Below, one piece after another: positions 1 through 8,691 of a stretch of DNA of 19,427 nucleotides. Source of the stretch: Candidatus Hadarchaeum sp. (GTDB lineage: Archaea; Hadarchaeota; Hadarchaeia; Hadarchaeales; Hadarchaeaceae); NCBI RefSeq assembly GCF_049969415.1, contig NZ_JBMFOX010000024.1, positions 1-19,427 on the forward strand, given 5' to 3'. A program made the translations under genes and the position numbers. Positions within the stretch are counted from its first letter, which is position 1. Every line of letters begins with the position of its first letter. The notes beneath the pieces are model-generated. The model worked only from the letters and a program-made list of their open reading frames with translations. It did not search any database and was not told the DNA's origin.

Positions 1-1842
1 TTCTTCCTGAGGACCATCAGCCCGGTTAAGGATGCCAGAACCGGTGAGGTCAAGGCCGTCAGCGTTGTGGGGAAGGATATCACCAAGCTCAAAAAGGCCC
101 TTGAGGAGTTAAGGAAGTCTCGAGAGGAATACCGAAGCCTCGCGGATAACGTCGCCGACATTCTTCTCCGCATAGACCTGCAAGGGAACTGCACCTACAT
201 CAGCAGGAATGTGGAGGATGTGGCCGGATACACGCCAGACGAAGTCATGAAGATGAACATCAAGGACGTCCTCACGCCGGATTCTTACAAGGTTGCACTG
301 GCGCGGATAAAAATGTGGAAGGAGGGTGCCAAGAGACTGCCCCCATATGTGGTCGAAGTCAGGACTAAAGACGGCAGGATAGTGCCCTTTGAACTGAAGA
401 CTTCACCCATCTTCGAGAAGGGAGAACTGAAAGGTTTCCAAATCCTGGCTCGTGACATCACCGAACGGTTGGAGGCCGCACGGGCCCTGGAACGAGCGCG
501 CGCCTACGCGGAGACAATCGTGGAAACCGTGCACGAGCCCCTGGTGGTGCTCGACGCCGAGATGAAAGTGGTCTCGGCCAACCGCGCCTTCTACGAGTGC
601 TTCAAGGTGACCCGGGAGGAGACGGAAAGGTACTCGCTGTTCGACCTAGGCAACCGGCAGTGGGACATCCCGGAGCTGCGGAGGCTGTTGAAAGACGTGG
701 TTGAGAAAAACACCACTTTCAAGGAATTCGTGGTCGTGCACGACTTCCCACACATCGGAAGGAAGATCATGATGTTGAACGCCCGGCAGATGCGAATTGG
801 CCCAACCGAGGAGCCGATGGTCCTGCTGGCCATCGAGGACATCACCGAGCGCCAGCAGATGGAAACCCAGCTCAAGCGCAGCGTCGACATTCAGACCGCT
901 ATCGTTTCCCTGCTGAGCCTCCCGCTGAAGCTATCTCTGGAGAAGCTGCTGAAGCGTGCCCTTGAAATCATCCTTTTCCTTCCGTGTCTCGGCCTTGAGC
1001 AGCGGGGCGCCATCTTTCTCTTTGACGGGGAGAAAAACGCTCTGACAATGAAGGTTCAAAGCAACCTTTCGGGACCGCCGCAGAAATCCTGTGCCTCAGT
1101 CCCCCTCGGCAGGTGCCTCTGCGGAAAAGCGGCGCTGGAGAGGAAGCTGATCTTCGCCGACCACGTGGACGAAAACCATGAGACCAGATACGAGGGAATG
1201 ACTCCACACGGCCATTACTGCGTCCCGATCTTGGCGGAGGAAAAACTGTTAGGTGTGCTCAACCTCTACGTCAGCGAGGGCCACCGCCGCAATGAAGCTG
1301 AAGAGGAAGTCCTCCAAGCGGTTGCCAACGCCTTAGCCTTAATCATCATGCGCAAGAACTTTGAAAAGGAACAGCTGAAGTTCATCTACCGCACTAACGA
1401 ACTCTCACCAGGCGAGTGCTACCTGCTCCGGTCCCACCGGGCGGCCTACAATATCGCTGCCCAGCTCATGCTGCTCGGCGTCCCAGGCATCTGCTTTACG
1501 CGGGAGGCGCCCGAGAAACTGATGGAGTTCGGGATACCTAAGGAAAACATCATCCTGCTGTCCTCCGTGCCCCTAAAGGATTTTGAAGCCATCGACAGCC
1601 TTCAGAACATCAGCATGAGGATCTCGGAGTTCGTTAAAAACAATCGGGAGTCGATCGTGCTTCTGGACGGACTGGAATACCTGACGAGCCGTTTCGGGTT
1701 TGACATGGTATACAAATTCCTCCAGGAGAAACGCTTCAACTTCATCGACAGCGACGCCATCTTCCTGTTGCCCGTCGACCTCGGCGTCTTCAGCGAACGG
1801 GAGAGGGCGCTCCTCACCAGCGAAATCAAAATCCTCGGTTAG
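1..1842 (+). CDS. PAS-PAS-GAF-DUF835 signal transduction protein, 5'-partial (frame is open to the window edge)
   Basis: Frame 1 reads FFLRTISPVKDARTGEVKAVSVVGKDIT from base 1, a PAC motif, so the GTG at 67 is internal. Two full PAS/PAC domains follow (…ARDITER, …IEDITER), then a GAF domain (GRCLCGKAA…HYCVPI…LGVLNLY) and a C-terminal DUF835-like domain (IVLLDGLEYL…FGF). Confidence 0.85.
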   Translation, partial: FFLRTISPVKDARTGEVKAVSVVGKDITKLKKALEELRKSREEYRSLADNVADILLRIDLQGNCTYISRNVEDVAGYTPDEVMKMNIKDVLTPDSYKVALARIKMWKEGAKRLPPYVVEVRTKDGRIVPFELKTSPIFEKGELKGFQILARDITERLEAARALERARAYAETIVETVHEPLVVLDAEMKVVSANRAFYECFKVTREETERYSLFDLGNRQWDIPELRRLLKDVVEKNTTFKEFVVVHDFPHIGRKIMMLNARQMRIGPTEEPMVLLAIEDITERQQMETQLKRSVDIQTAIVSLLSLPLKLSLEKLLKRALEIILFLPCLGLEQRGAIFLFDGEKNALTMKVQSNLSGPPQKSCASVPLGRCLCGKAALERKLIFADHVDENHETRYEGMTPHGHYCVPILAEEKLLGVLNLYVSEGHRRNEAEEEVLQAVANALALIIMRKNFEKEQLKFIYRTNELSPGECYLLRSHRAAYNIAAQLMLLGVPGICFTREAPEKLMEFGIPKENIILLSSVPLKDFEAIDSLQNISMRISEFVKNNRESIVLLDGLEYLTSRFGFDMVYKFLQEKRFNFIDSDAIFLLPVDLGVFSERERALLTSEIKILG

Positions 1843-1896
1843 AAATTCTGGTCCCAATACCTGACCGCCCGTCCTGCCGGCCTGCGCGGATGAAAT

Positions 1897-2166
1897 TTAC
1901 TTCCCCAAAAATTCCCGGTTAACCTTCAGGATATTGGTCCTGAAATAGCGCTCCTTAGTTATGGCGTGCTTGTGCTCCAGGTTTTTCACCAGCGCGCTCA
2001 GCTTTGACTTCGACATGTCGAGCTCACGTCTGAGCTTGTCCTGGTAGGCCACGCCATCCGATCGCAGAATCGCCTCGAGGATGCGGTGCTCGTACTCGCC
2101 GAACACATTCAAAAAGCCGTGTCCCTGACGCTGGAAGTCTGATGACCGTAAAACCAAACAGGCCAC
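1897..2166 (-). CDS. Winged helix-turn-helix protein, resembling the C-terminal domain of archaeal membrane-anchored HTH regulators; possibly N-terminally truncated
   Basis: EHRILEAILRSDGVAYQDKLRRELDMSKSKLSALVKNLEHKHAITKERYFRTNILKV is a wHTH pattern. The N-terminal ~20 aa and the start codon are uncertain. Confidence 0.6.
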   Translation of the reverse strand: MACLVLRSSDFQRQGHGFLNVFGEYEHRILEAILRSDGVAYQDKLRRELDMSKSKLSALVKNLEHKHAITKERYFRTNILKVNREFLGK

Positions 2167-2191
2167 GCAACTTTAAAGTATTAAACCGCCT

Positions 2192-2509
2192 TCAAAAAAG
2201 CCCTTTCTTTTTCATCAAGCTGCATATAGCGCAGTAACGTCGGACCAAATCTGGCTGGGTGAGCTTGCCGCTGGCAACATCGTCGGCGAGGCTCCTGATA
2301 TCCTGGCCGATTAACTTCATCAGCTTCTTTTCCAGATGGCTCTTCCCCCTAAGTGCACTCAGGTATTGGCTGACTGCGGGCTGCGTGATCCCGAGCTTCC
2401 GCGCCACCTCCACCTGGCTGAACTCGTAGCGCTTGACCAGGTCCTTCACTACCATCGCTCGAATCGTGGGCAACACTTGACCGCTCACTATTTCGCACTG
2501 CGGTTTCAT
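2192..2509 (-). CDS. Archaeal HTH transcriptional regulator (COG2522-like)
   Basis: Motifs PQCE…LPTIRA…L…FSQVEVARKLGITQPAVSQYL and a C-terminal CxxC. The ATG at 2509 is preceded by GGTGA, so it is preferred over 2521. Confidence 0.8.
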   Translation of the reverse strand: MKPQCEIVSGQVLPTIRAMVVKDLVKRYEFSQVEVARKLGITQPAVSQYLSALRGKSHLEKKLMKLIGQDIRSLADDVASGKLTQPDLVRRYCAICSLMKKKGLF

Positions 2510-2610
2510 TTTATCACCCATTACTTTATCGGCGGCTTGCCATATTATCCTGTTATATCATCCTGCCCGCATCTTAAAAAACAGGCGGGAGCTGAAAAAT
2601 GATTGATCCG

Positions 2611-2871
2611 CTAGCTTCCCAGCTTCGCCTTCAGCCTTGACCAGAACCCCGGCTTTTTCTCAGCGGCCGCGCCTTCCTTCGGAACCGCGGCCCCTTCCTT
2701 TGGCTCCGTCTTGACCTTCTGATATTTCTCGATGTTTAGATATTTGTAAACGGTGAGATAGGACAGATTGAGCTCCTTCGCTATCTTCTGATAAGTCATG
2801 CCCTGACTTCTCAATTCCCGCATCTTTTTCAAAACTTCAGGATTTACCTTTTTCCTTTTATCAACTTTCAT
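2611..2871 (-). CDS. Small HTH DNA-binding protein with C-terminal amphipathic helix
   Basis: MRELRSQGMTYQKIAKELNLSYLTVYKYL is an HTH. It is followed by a low-complexity linker and the tail KKPGFWSRLKAKLGS. Confidence 0.75.
   Translation of the reverse strand: MKVDKRKKVNPEVLKKMRELRSQGMTYQKIAKELNLSYLTVYKYLNIEKYQKVKTEPKEGAAVPKEGAAAEKKPGFWSRLKAKLGS
2662..2703 (-). repeat. Imperfect 2 x 21-nt in-frame tandem duplication (PKEGAAV/PKEGAAA)
   Basis: Minus strand reads cca aag gaa ggg gcc gcg gtt / ccg aag gaa ggc gcg gcc gct. Confidence 0.7.
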
Positions 2872-3018
2872 AATTTAGTGTTTCCTCTTTTTTGTATATT
2901 AATTTATTTTTCCATCAAAATGAACCTTAAAAACGGAGTTTTAAAAATTAACAAATCAAATCCTCAGGAACTTTAGGCAGATATATATGTTATTAAAATT
3001 ATAAATGTTCGGTGAGCC
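2872..3018. promoter_or_regulatory. AT-rich divergent promoter region
   Basis: Strongly AT-rich spacer between divergent ORFs with several TATA-like elements (TATATTAA, TATATATG, TTATAAAT). A GGTGA Shine-Dalgarno at 3011-3015 precedes the ATG at 3019. Confidence 0.55.
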
Positions 3019-3492
3019 ATGGTGGAAAGAGGGCAATATGGCACCACCCTCATCGGACTTGGCGCCTTTCTGATATTTCTGGGGGCACTATTTCTCTTGC
3101 TGGTGTTGCTGGGTTATCTACAAAATCAAACATGGATCTTCTCCTGGATCACAACCAACCGGGCCGCTCTAGGCAGCATCATCCTCGGGGCAATCCTTCT
3201 CGGGGCTGGAATTCACACCCGGGCCGCCGTCAAAAGATACGAAAGAAAGCTGGAGGAGCTGGAACAAGCCAAAAGGCAGCAGGAGGCCGTATTGAGGGCT
3301 AGGGCCATCGAGCTCGGCAAGGCCCGGGCCAAGGCGAGAAAAAAGGAGATCGCCCTGAAGCTCACCCACGCCAAACTGAAGAAGGCCAGGCTGAAGGCGG
3401 AGAAAAAAGAACAGGCTTTGTTGAGGGTGCGCGGCAAGCTGGGCGAACGCAGCAAACGGTTGAAAAGGATAAGGAAACTGGCTGAAGTCTGA
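3019..3492 (+). CDS. Hypothetical membrane protein: two N-terminal TM helices plus a long Lys/Arg-rich coiled coil
   Basis: GGTGA Shine-Dalgarno before the ATG. Two hydrophobic segments, then ~85 aa of K/R/E/A/L helical sequence. Confidence 0.75.
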   Translation: MVERGQYGTTLIGLGAFLIFLGALFLLLVLLGYLQNQTWIFSWITTNRAALGSIILGAILLGAGIHTRAAVKRYERKLEELEQAKRQQEAVLRARAIELGKARAKARKKEIALKLTHAKLKKARLKAEKKEQALLRVRGKLGERSKRLKRIRKLAEV

Positions 3493-3587
3493 AAAATCGC
3501 CAAACGCTTCCACACAACACCGACCACCTTGGCAGGTTAACCATAAAAGCATCAAGGTCGAGAATTTCCTGCAAAAAGAGGATTTCG

Positions 3588-3827
3588 ATGAGCATCCGCG
3601 TCAAGGTTGAACTGATGCCCGGGCTCAAGCCCGTCCGCAAGGAAAATGTCTTTGAGATGGAGCTGCCTTCCGACATCACCCTTAGGGAGACGTTGCTGGA
3701 AATTGGGTTTCGTGAAAACGAAATCGAGCACCTCCGCGCCTTTGTGAACGAGGAACTTGCCCCGCTGGATAAAACATTAAAGGATGGGGACAGTATCTGG
3801 ATTGGAGTCGTCATAGGGGGCGGGTAA
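3588..3827 (+). CDS. MoaD/ThiS-family ubiquitin-like sulfur carrier (SAMP-like)
   Basis: 79 aa with a beta-grasp pattern, AFVNE…LKDGDSI…, and a C-terminal Gly-Gly. It lies directly upstream of a molybdoenzyme operon. Confidence 0.85.
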   Translation: MSIRVKVELMPGLKPVRKENVFEMELPSDITLRETLLEIGFRENEIEHLRAFVNEELAPLDKTLKDGDSIWIGVVIGGG

Positions 3828-3882
3828 TATCACGAACACCTACAACCGTGCTCTGCTCTGGGACTTTGAGTACTTCGAGCCC

Positions 3883-4728
3883 GTGACGATCTCCGAAGCG
3901 ATAAACTTGCTCAACAGGTTCGGCGCTGGGGCCAAGGTGATTGCCGGCGGCACCGACCTGCTGGTCGACATGAAGGACGAAAAAATCAGGCCGAAATTTT
4001 TAGTCAGCATCATGAAAATCCCCCAACTGAAATACATCATCGAGGATGGTGGTGCCCTTAGGATTGGCGCGGCGACCACTTTGGCGGAAATTGAAGAGTC
4101 CCCGATCGTTAGAGAAAAATACGGGCTCATCACGGAGGCGGTAAAGGCGCTGGGAACCGTTCAGGTCAGAAACATGGCCACCATCGGGGGCAACATCTGC
4201 AACGCAATCCCCTCCGCCGACTTGCCGCCAGCGCTGGTGACCCTTGACGCTCAGGTAAAAATAGCGGGGATTAACGGGGAAAGGACGCTGCCGCTTGATG
4301 AATTTTTCGTAGGCGTAAGGAAAACTAGGATGAACAACGAGCTACTGACCGAGATTACCGTCAGGCAACCTCCAGGGCACTCAGGGACGGCGTTTATCAA
4401 GCTGTCGAGAACTTCCGAAGACCTAGCCATGGTAAACGTGGCCACTAGGATTACGCTAAACAAGGAAGGTGTGTGCCAGGAAGCCAGGATCGCAATCGGT
4501 GGGGGGGTTGGCCCCACTTTGCTCCGGCCCAGAGAAGCAGAAAAAATCCTGGAAGGGAAAAAGCTGGACGAAGAAACTATCAGATTGGCTGCCGAAATCT
4601 CCTGCCAGAAGTTCCAGTGCCGGCCAACATCGATCCGGGCCCATCCGGAGTATAAAATTGAAGCGGGTAAAGCTCTGGTGAAACGCGCGCTGGTAAAGGC
4701 GCTGGGAAGGGCTGGAGGAGGGAAGTGA
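3883..4728 (+). CDS. Xanthine dehydrogenase/CoxM-family FAD-binding subunit (true N-terminus extends upstream to ~3848-3853)
   Basis: Motifs AGGTDL, IGAATTL, QVRNMATIGGN…SADLPPAL. The conserved N-terminal FEYFEP lies in frame at 3865-3882, upstream of the called GTG. Confidence 0.9.
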   Translation: MTISEAINLLNRFGAGAKVIAGGTDLLVDMKDEKIRPKFLVSIMKIPQLKYIIEDGGALRIGAATTLAEIEESPIVREKYGLITEAVKALGTVQVRNMATIGGNICNAIPSADLPPALVTLDAQVKIAGINGERTLPLDEFFVGVRKTRMNNELLTEITVRQPPGHSGTAFIKLSRTSEDLAMVNVATRITLNKEGVCQEARIAIGGGVGPTLLRPREAEKILEGKKLDEETIRLAAEISCQKFQCRPTSIRAHPEYKIEAGKALVKRALVKALGRAGGGK

Positions 4729-5207
4729 TGTTGCGAGAAATAGAGTTCACCATCAACGGGAGAAAAAGAAAATTGACCGTCAGGCCCAAGGATTTGCTGC
4801 TGAACGTGATCAGGGATGAGCTGGGGCTGAAGGGAACCAAATACGGCTGCGGGACCGGTGAGTGCGGCGCCTGCACGGTCCTCCTCGACGGAAAGCCGAT
4901 TCTGTCCTGCCTGACGCTGGCCGTCGCCGTCAACGGCAGGGACATCACTACCATCGAGGGCATCGGAACGGATGAAAACCTGCACCCCATCCAGCAGGCC
5001 TTCATCGACGCCGGGGCCATCCAGTGCGGCTACTGCACGCCGGGGATGATTATCTCGGCCAAGGCGCTGCTAGATAGAAATCCGAACCCCAGCGAGGAGG
5101 AAATCCGGCAGGCGATAAAGGGAAACCTCTGCCGCTGCACCGGCTATGTCAAGATAATCGAGGCCATCAAACTGGCCGCTGAACGCATGCGGGGTGAAAA
5201 ACGATGA
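4725..5207 (+). CDS. Xanthine dehydrogenase/CoxS-family [2Fe-2S] subunit
   Basis: GCGTGECGACTV…SC and QCGYCTPG…NLCRCTGY motifs. It overlaps both neighbours by 4 nt. Confidence 0.95.
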   Translation: MMLREIEFTINGRKRKLTVRPKDLLLNVIRDELGLKGTKYGCGTGECGACTVLLDGKPILSCLTLAVAVNGRDITTIEGIGTDENLHPIQQAFIDAGAIQCGYCTPGMIISAKALLDRNPNPSEEEIRQAIKGNLCRCTGYVKIIEAIKLAAERMRGEKR

Positions 5208-7531
5208 AAAACTTTAAAGTTGTGGGAAAAAGCGTAAGGAAGATCGATGCCGCTCCGCTGGCGAGAGGAAAGCCGCTCTTCACCGATGATATCAAGCTGG
5301 AGGACATGCTTCACGCCAGGATCCTCTGGAGCCCCCACGCCCACGCCCGCATCAGGGACATTGACACCAGCGCGGCCGAAGCGCTGCCCGGAGTTCACGC
5401 GGTGCTCTGCTACAAAAACGTGCCGAGGGTGCTGCACACGAGCGCGGGACAGGGCTGGCCCGAGCCCTCGCCTTACGACATGGTGATGTTCGACAACAAG
5501 GTGCGCTACGTCGGCGACAGGGTGGCTGCCGTGGCCGCGGAGACGGAGGAGATCGCGGAAAAGGCCCTCCGCTTGATCAAGGTCGACTACGAGGTCCTGC
5601 CGGCGGTCTTTGACCCGGAAAAGGCGATGGAAGAAGGGGCGCCGGTGATTCACGATGAACCCGACTGTCACCAGGTTCTGCCGCTCTTCTACGATCCCAA
5701 ACACAACCACTGCGCCCACATCGAGGTCAAGACTGGAGACTCCGACCGCGGGCTGAGCGAGGCCGACATCGTGATCGAGCACACGGTCAAAAACCACTAT
5801 GCCCAGCACTGTGCCCTCGAGCCCCACTCCTGCATCAGCTACCTCGACCATACGGGGAGAATCGTGGTACGCAGCTCCACGCAGGTCCCCTACTACGCGC
5901 GCCGGATTATCGCCCACTGCCTGCAACTGCCGGAGAGGATGATCCGGGTGATCAAGCCACGCATCGGCGGCGGGTTCGGGTCCAAGCAGGAAATCGTCGT
6001 CGAGGATGTCTGCGCCATGTTCACGCTGAGAACCAGGCGGCCGGTCAGGCTCGTCTTCACCAGGCCCGAGGTCTTTGTCTCCACGAGGACCCGCCACCCG
6101 ATGGTGATGAGGGTGAAGACGGGGGTGAAGAAGGACGGGACCGTCACCGCCATCAAAATGCGCGTGATCAGCAACACTGGGGCCTACGGTCCCCACTGCA
6201 TGACAGTCCTCGGCAGCACCTGTGCCAAGACGCTGCCCCTCTACCGGTGCCAGAACATCGAGTTCATCGGGGACACCGTCTACACTAACCTGCTCAACGC
6301 AGGGGCCTACCGGGGCTACGGCGTCCTCCAGGGAACTTTCGCCATGGGCATCATGATGGACGAGATGGCCCACGCGATCGGCATGGACCCGGTCGAGTTC
6401 TGGAAGAAGAACACCATCCGGGTCGGGGAAACCTCGCCCATCTTCAGCGCCCTGAGCGAGATCGGGAAGGGTGCCGAGCAGAAGGTCGACAGCTGCGCCC
6501 TGCCCGAATGCATCGACCGGGGCGCCGAGGCCTTCGGGTGGAGGGAAAAGCGCGAGCGCTACCGCAACCAGCCGGAGGGTCCGATCAGGCGCGGTGTGGG
6601 GATGGTCTGCACGGTACACGGTGGCACTGTCGCCCTGCTGGACGCGAGCTCGGTCACGGCGAAGATGAACGAGGACGGCTCCTTCAACCTCCTCATCAGC
6701 GCCAGCGACGTCGGCGGCGGCTGCGACACCGTGCTCTCCCAGATCTTTGCCGAGGCGATGAACATCCCGCTGGAGGACGTAATTGTCTACGCCACTGACA
6801 CCGACGTCACCCCCTACGACAAGGGGGCCTACGCCTCGGGAACCACCTACCTCTCAGGACTGGCGGTGATCAAAACTGCCGAGGAAATCAAGAAGCAGAT
6901 ATTCAAGGTGGCCTCGGAGATGCTGAACGAGCCCGCAGAGAACCTGAGGCTGGAGAACAAGGGAGTGGTCTCAAAACAGAGCGGCAAAAGGCTGGAGTTC
7001 GGACAGATAGCCAAGCGCGCCATGTACAGTAAGAACCAGTTCCAAATTGCGGCCACGGCGTCCGAGTACAGCCACCTGCACCCGCAGACCTTCACGGCCC
7101 AGTTCGCCGAGGTCGAGGTCGACATGGAGACGGGACAAGTCAAGGTCCTCAATTACGTGTGCGCGGTCGACTGTGGCACGGCCATTAACCCGACGCTGGC
7201 CGAAGGTCAGGTTGAGGGATCGATCGTCAACGGCATCAGCTACGCCCTCATCGAAGAATTCGTCTTCGATGAAAACGGCCGAGTGCTGAATCCCTCCTTC
7301 AGGGACTACAAGATCTTCTCCGCTCCCGACATCCCTAAGATAAAGACCATCCTCGTGCCCAGCTACGATCCCACCGGTCCCTTCGGCGCCAAGCCCATCG
7401 GGGAGCCGGCCATGGACGGGGTTCTGCCCACCATCTCCAACGCCATCTACAACGCCATCGGCATCAGGTTCACCGAATCTCCCTTCACGCCGGAAAAAGT
7501 CCTCAGGGCAATAAAAAGCCGGAGGGGCTGA
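5204..7531 (+). CDS. Xanthine dehydrogenase-family molybdopterin-binding large subunit (substrate unknown)
   Basis: Motifs SPHAHARI, IGGGFGSKQ, AYRGYG, DCGTAINP…EGQVEG and GAKPIGEP with the catalytic Glu. It lacks the CO dehydrogenase AYRCSFR/AYRGAGR motif. Confidence 0.92.
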   Translation: MKNFKVVGKSVRKIDAAPLARGKPLFTDDIKLEDMLHARILWSPHAHARIRDIDTSAAEALPGVHAVLCYKNVPRVLHTSAGQGWPEPSPYDMVMFDNKVRYVGDRVAAVAAETEEIAEKALRLIKVDYEVLPAVFDPEKAMEEGAPVIHDEPDCHQVLPLFYDPKHNHCAHIEVKTGDSDRGLSEADIVIEHTVKNHYAQHCALEPHSCISYLDHTGRIVVRSSTQVPYYARRIIAHCLQLPERMIRVIKPRIGGGFGSKQEIVVEDVCAMFTLRTRRPVRLVFTRPEVFVSTRTRHPMVMRVKTGVKKDGTVTAIKMRVISNTGAYGPHCMTVLGSTCAKTLPLYRCQNIEFIGDTVYTNLLNAGAYRGYGVLQGTFAMGIMMDEMAHAIGMDPVEFWKKNTIRVGETSPIFSALSEIGKGAEQKVDSCALPECIDRGAEAFGWREKRERYRNQPEGPIRRGVGMVCTVHGGTVALLDASSVTAKMNEDGSFNLLISASDVGGGCDTVLSQIFAEAMNIPLEDVIVYATDTDVTPYDKGAYASGTTYLSGLAVIKTAEEIKKQIFKVASEMLNEPAENLRLENKGVVSKQSGKRLEFGQIAKRAMYSKNQFQIAATASEYSHLHPQTFTAQFAEVEVDMETGQVKVLNYVCAVDCGTAINPTLAEGQVEGSIVNGISYALIEEFVFDENGRVLNPSFRDYKIFSAPDIPKIKTILVPSYDPTGPFGAKPIGEPAMDGVLPTISNAIYNAIGIRFTESPFTPEKVLRAIKSRRG

Positions 7532-7595
7532 GTGATCTACCGCACCCTAAAAAATTTAAGCTCAAGGGATTGCCTTCAACTGGGCTGGTGACCGC

Positions 7596-7967
7596 TTGGC
7601 CGATAATAACGAGATTCTGGAAGAGCTGCGCCAAATCAGAAAGCTCTTGGAACCAAAGCCCGCACCGCCGGCACCGGTGAAGAAGGGGTTCATCGCCGAA
7701 TTCATGGAATTCATCAGCAAATACAAGGTGGTGGGGATGGCCGTAGCCTTCATCATCGGTCTTTACCTAGGTGCTCTAGTACAGGCACTGGTGAACGACC
7801 TAATCATGCCGATAATCCAGCTGGCAGTCCCGGGGGCGACGTGGGAAACAATAGAAGTCGGTCCCTTCCGGGTCGGCCACTTCCTTGGCGCCTTGATAAC
7901 CTTTCTGATAGTCGCGCTGGTGATCTTCCTCATCGTGAAAATGTCCAAGAAGTGGGGCCTCGAATAA
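7596..7967 (+). CDS. mscL: Large-conductance mechanosensitive channel MscL
   Basis: EFMEFI…VVGMAVAFIIG…LVQALVNDLIMPII…GHFLGALITFLIVALVIFLIVK. TTG start with GGTGA 4 nt upstream. Confidence 0.88.
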   Translation: MADNNEILEELRQIRKLLEPKPAPPAPVKKGFIAEFMEFISKYKVVGMAVAFIIGLYLGALVQALVNDLIMPIIQLAVPGATWETIEVGPFRVGHFLGALITFLIVALVIFLIVKMSKKWGLE

Positions 7968-7974
7968 CTCCGAC

Positions 7975-8691
7975 CTATTTCTCTTCCTTCAACTTAGATT
8001 CCAGCTGCTCCGCTCTAGCCAGCAACAGCAGACCCAAGAGGGCCTCCTCCTTGCGCGGCGTCTCCATCGTGAAATGCAAAGCCAGAAATCTGGCCCTCTG
8101 GAGCCTGTTCTCGTAATCTTGAGAGGGGAGTCCCTCTAAGCCTTCCAGTGCAGCGTGCCCCTGCCGAAGCAGCTCCGCTCCGGTAATCTCCGAGAGTTCC
8201 AGCGGCTCCTCCTCAGGCCGGAGACATTTCCCACACTTTCCCGAGACACAGTTTAACACCGGCTCTCCACAAACGCTGCATACCGCAGCACCCCAGATTA
8301 GGCGCGAGACGGAGTTGGCGACCCTCAATATCTCCTCCCGGTCCATCGCCTGCTGGATCTTGATCTTCCCATTCTTGAAGATGCTGATGTCCCGACCGCC
8401 CCACCTCAGCTTGGCCACACCGAGCGCCTCGCTGCACCTGAGGTCGGCAAACCGGTGGCGGTGAACTCTCAACAGGGCACAGAGTTTCCCAGGGTCGAAA
8501 AATCGGGAATCGATATCTTTGGTGAGCTCGATGTCGGCCATCAGCTTCCCCCGCTCCGAGGTGCAGGGCTGCACGTAGAGCAGGGCGTCCTTCCTGACCC
8601 CGACCAGTTCCCTGACATCGATCCCCCTAAAAGCCAGACAGTCCTCCCGGAACCTAGGAACGGTGACCCTGCTTCCAGCCACCGTCATCAT
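7975..8691 (-). CDS. Hypothetical Cys-rich protein, putative metal or Fe-S binding
   Basis: CSVCGEPVLNCVSGKCGKC cluster plus further Cys residues. It overlaps the iscU stop (ATGA), so it is probably co-translated. Confidence 0.7.
   Translation of the reverse strand: MMTVAGSRVTVPRFREDCLAFRGIDVRELVGVRKDALLYVQPCTSERGKLMADIELTKDIDSRFFDPGKLCALLRVHRHRFADLRCSEALGVAKLRWGGRDISIFKNGKIKIQQAMDREEILRVANSVSRLIWGAAVCSVCGEPVLNCVSGKCGKCLRPEEEPLELSEITGAELLRQGHAALEGLEGLPSQDYENRLQRARFLALHFTMETPRKEEALLGLLLLARAEQLESKLKEEK

Noticed and set aside
5144-6619. 491-aa minus-strand ORF
   Set aside because: Antisense shadow of the GC3-rich molybdoenzyme gene, with no recognisable motifs.
5204-7531. Aerobic CO dehydrogenase (coxMSL) call suggested by gene order
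   Set aside because: The active-site loop is AYRGYG, not AYRCSFR (form I) or AYRGAGR (form II).
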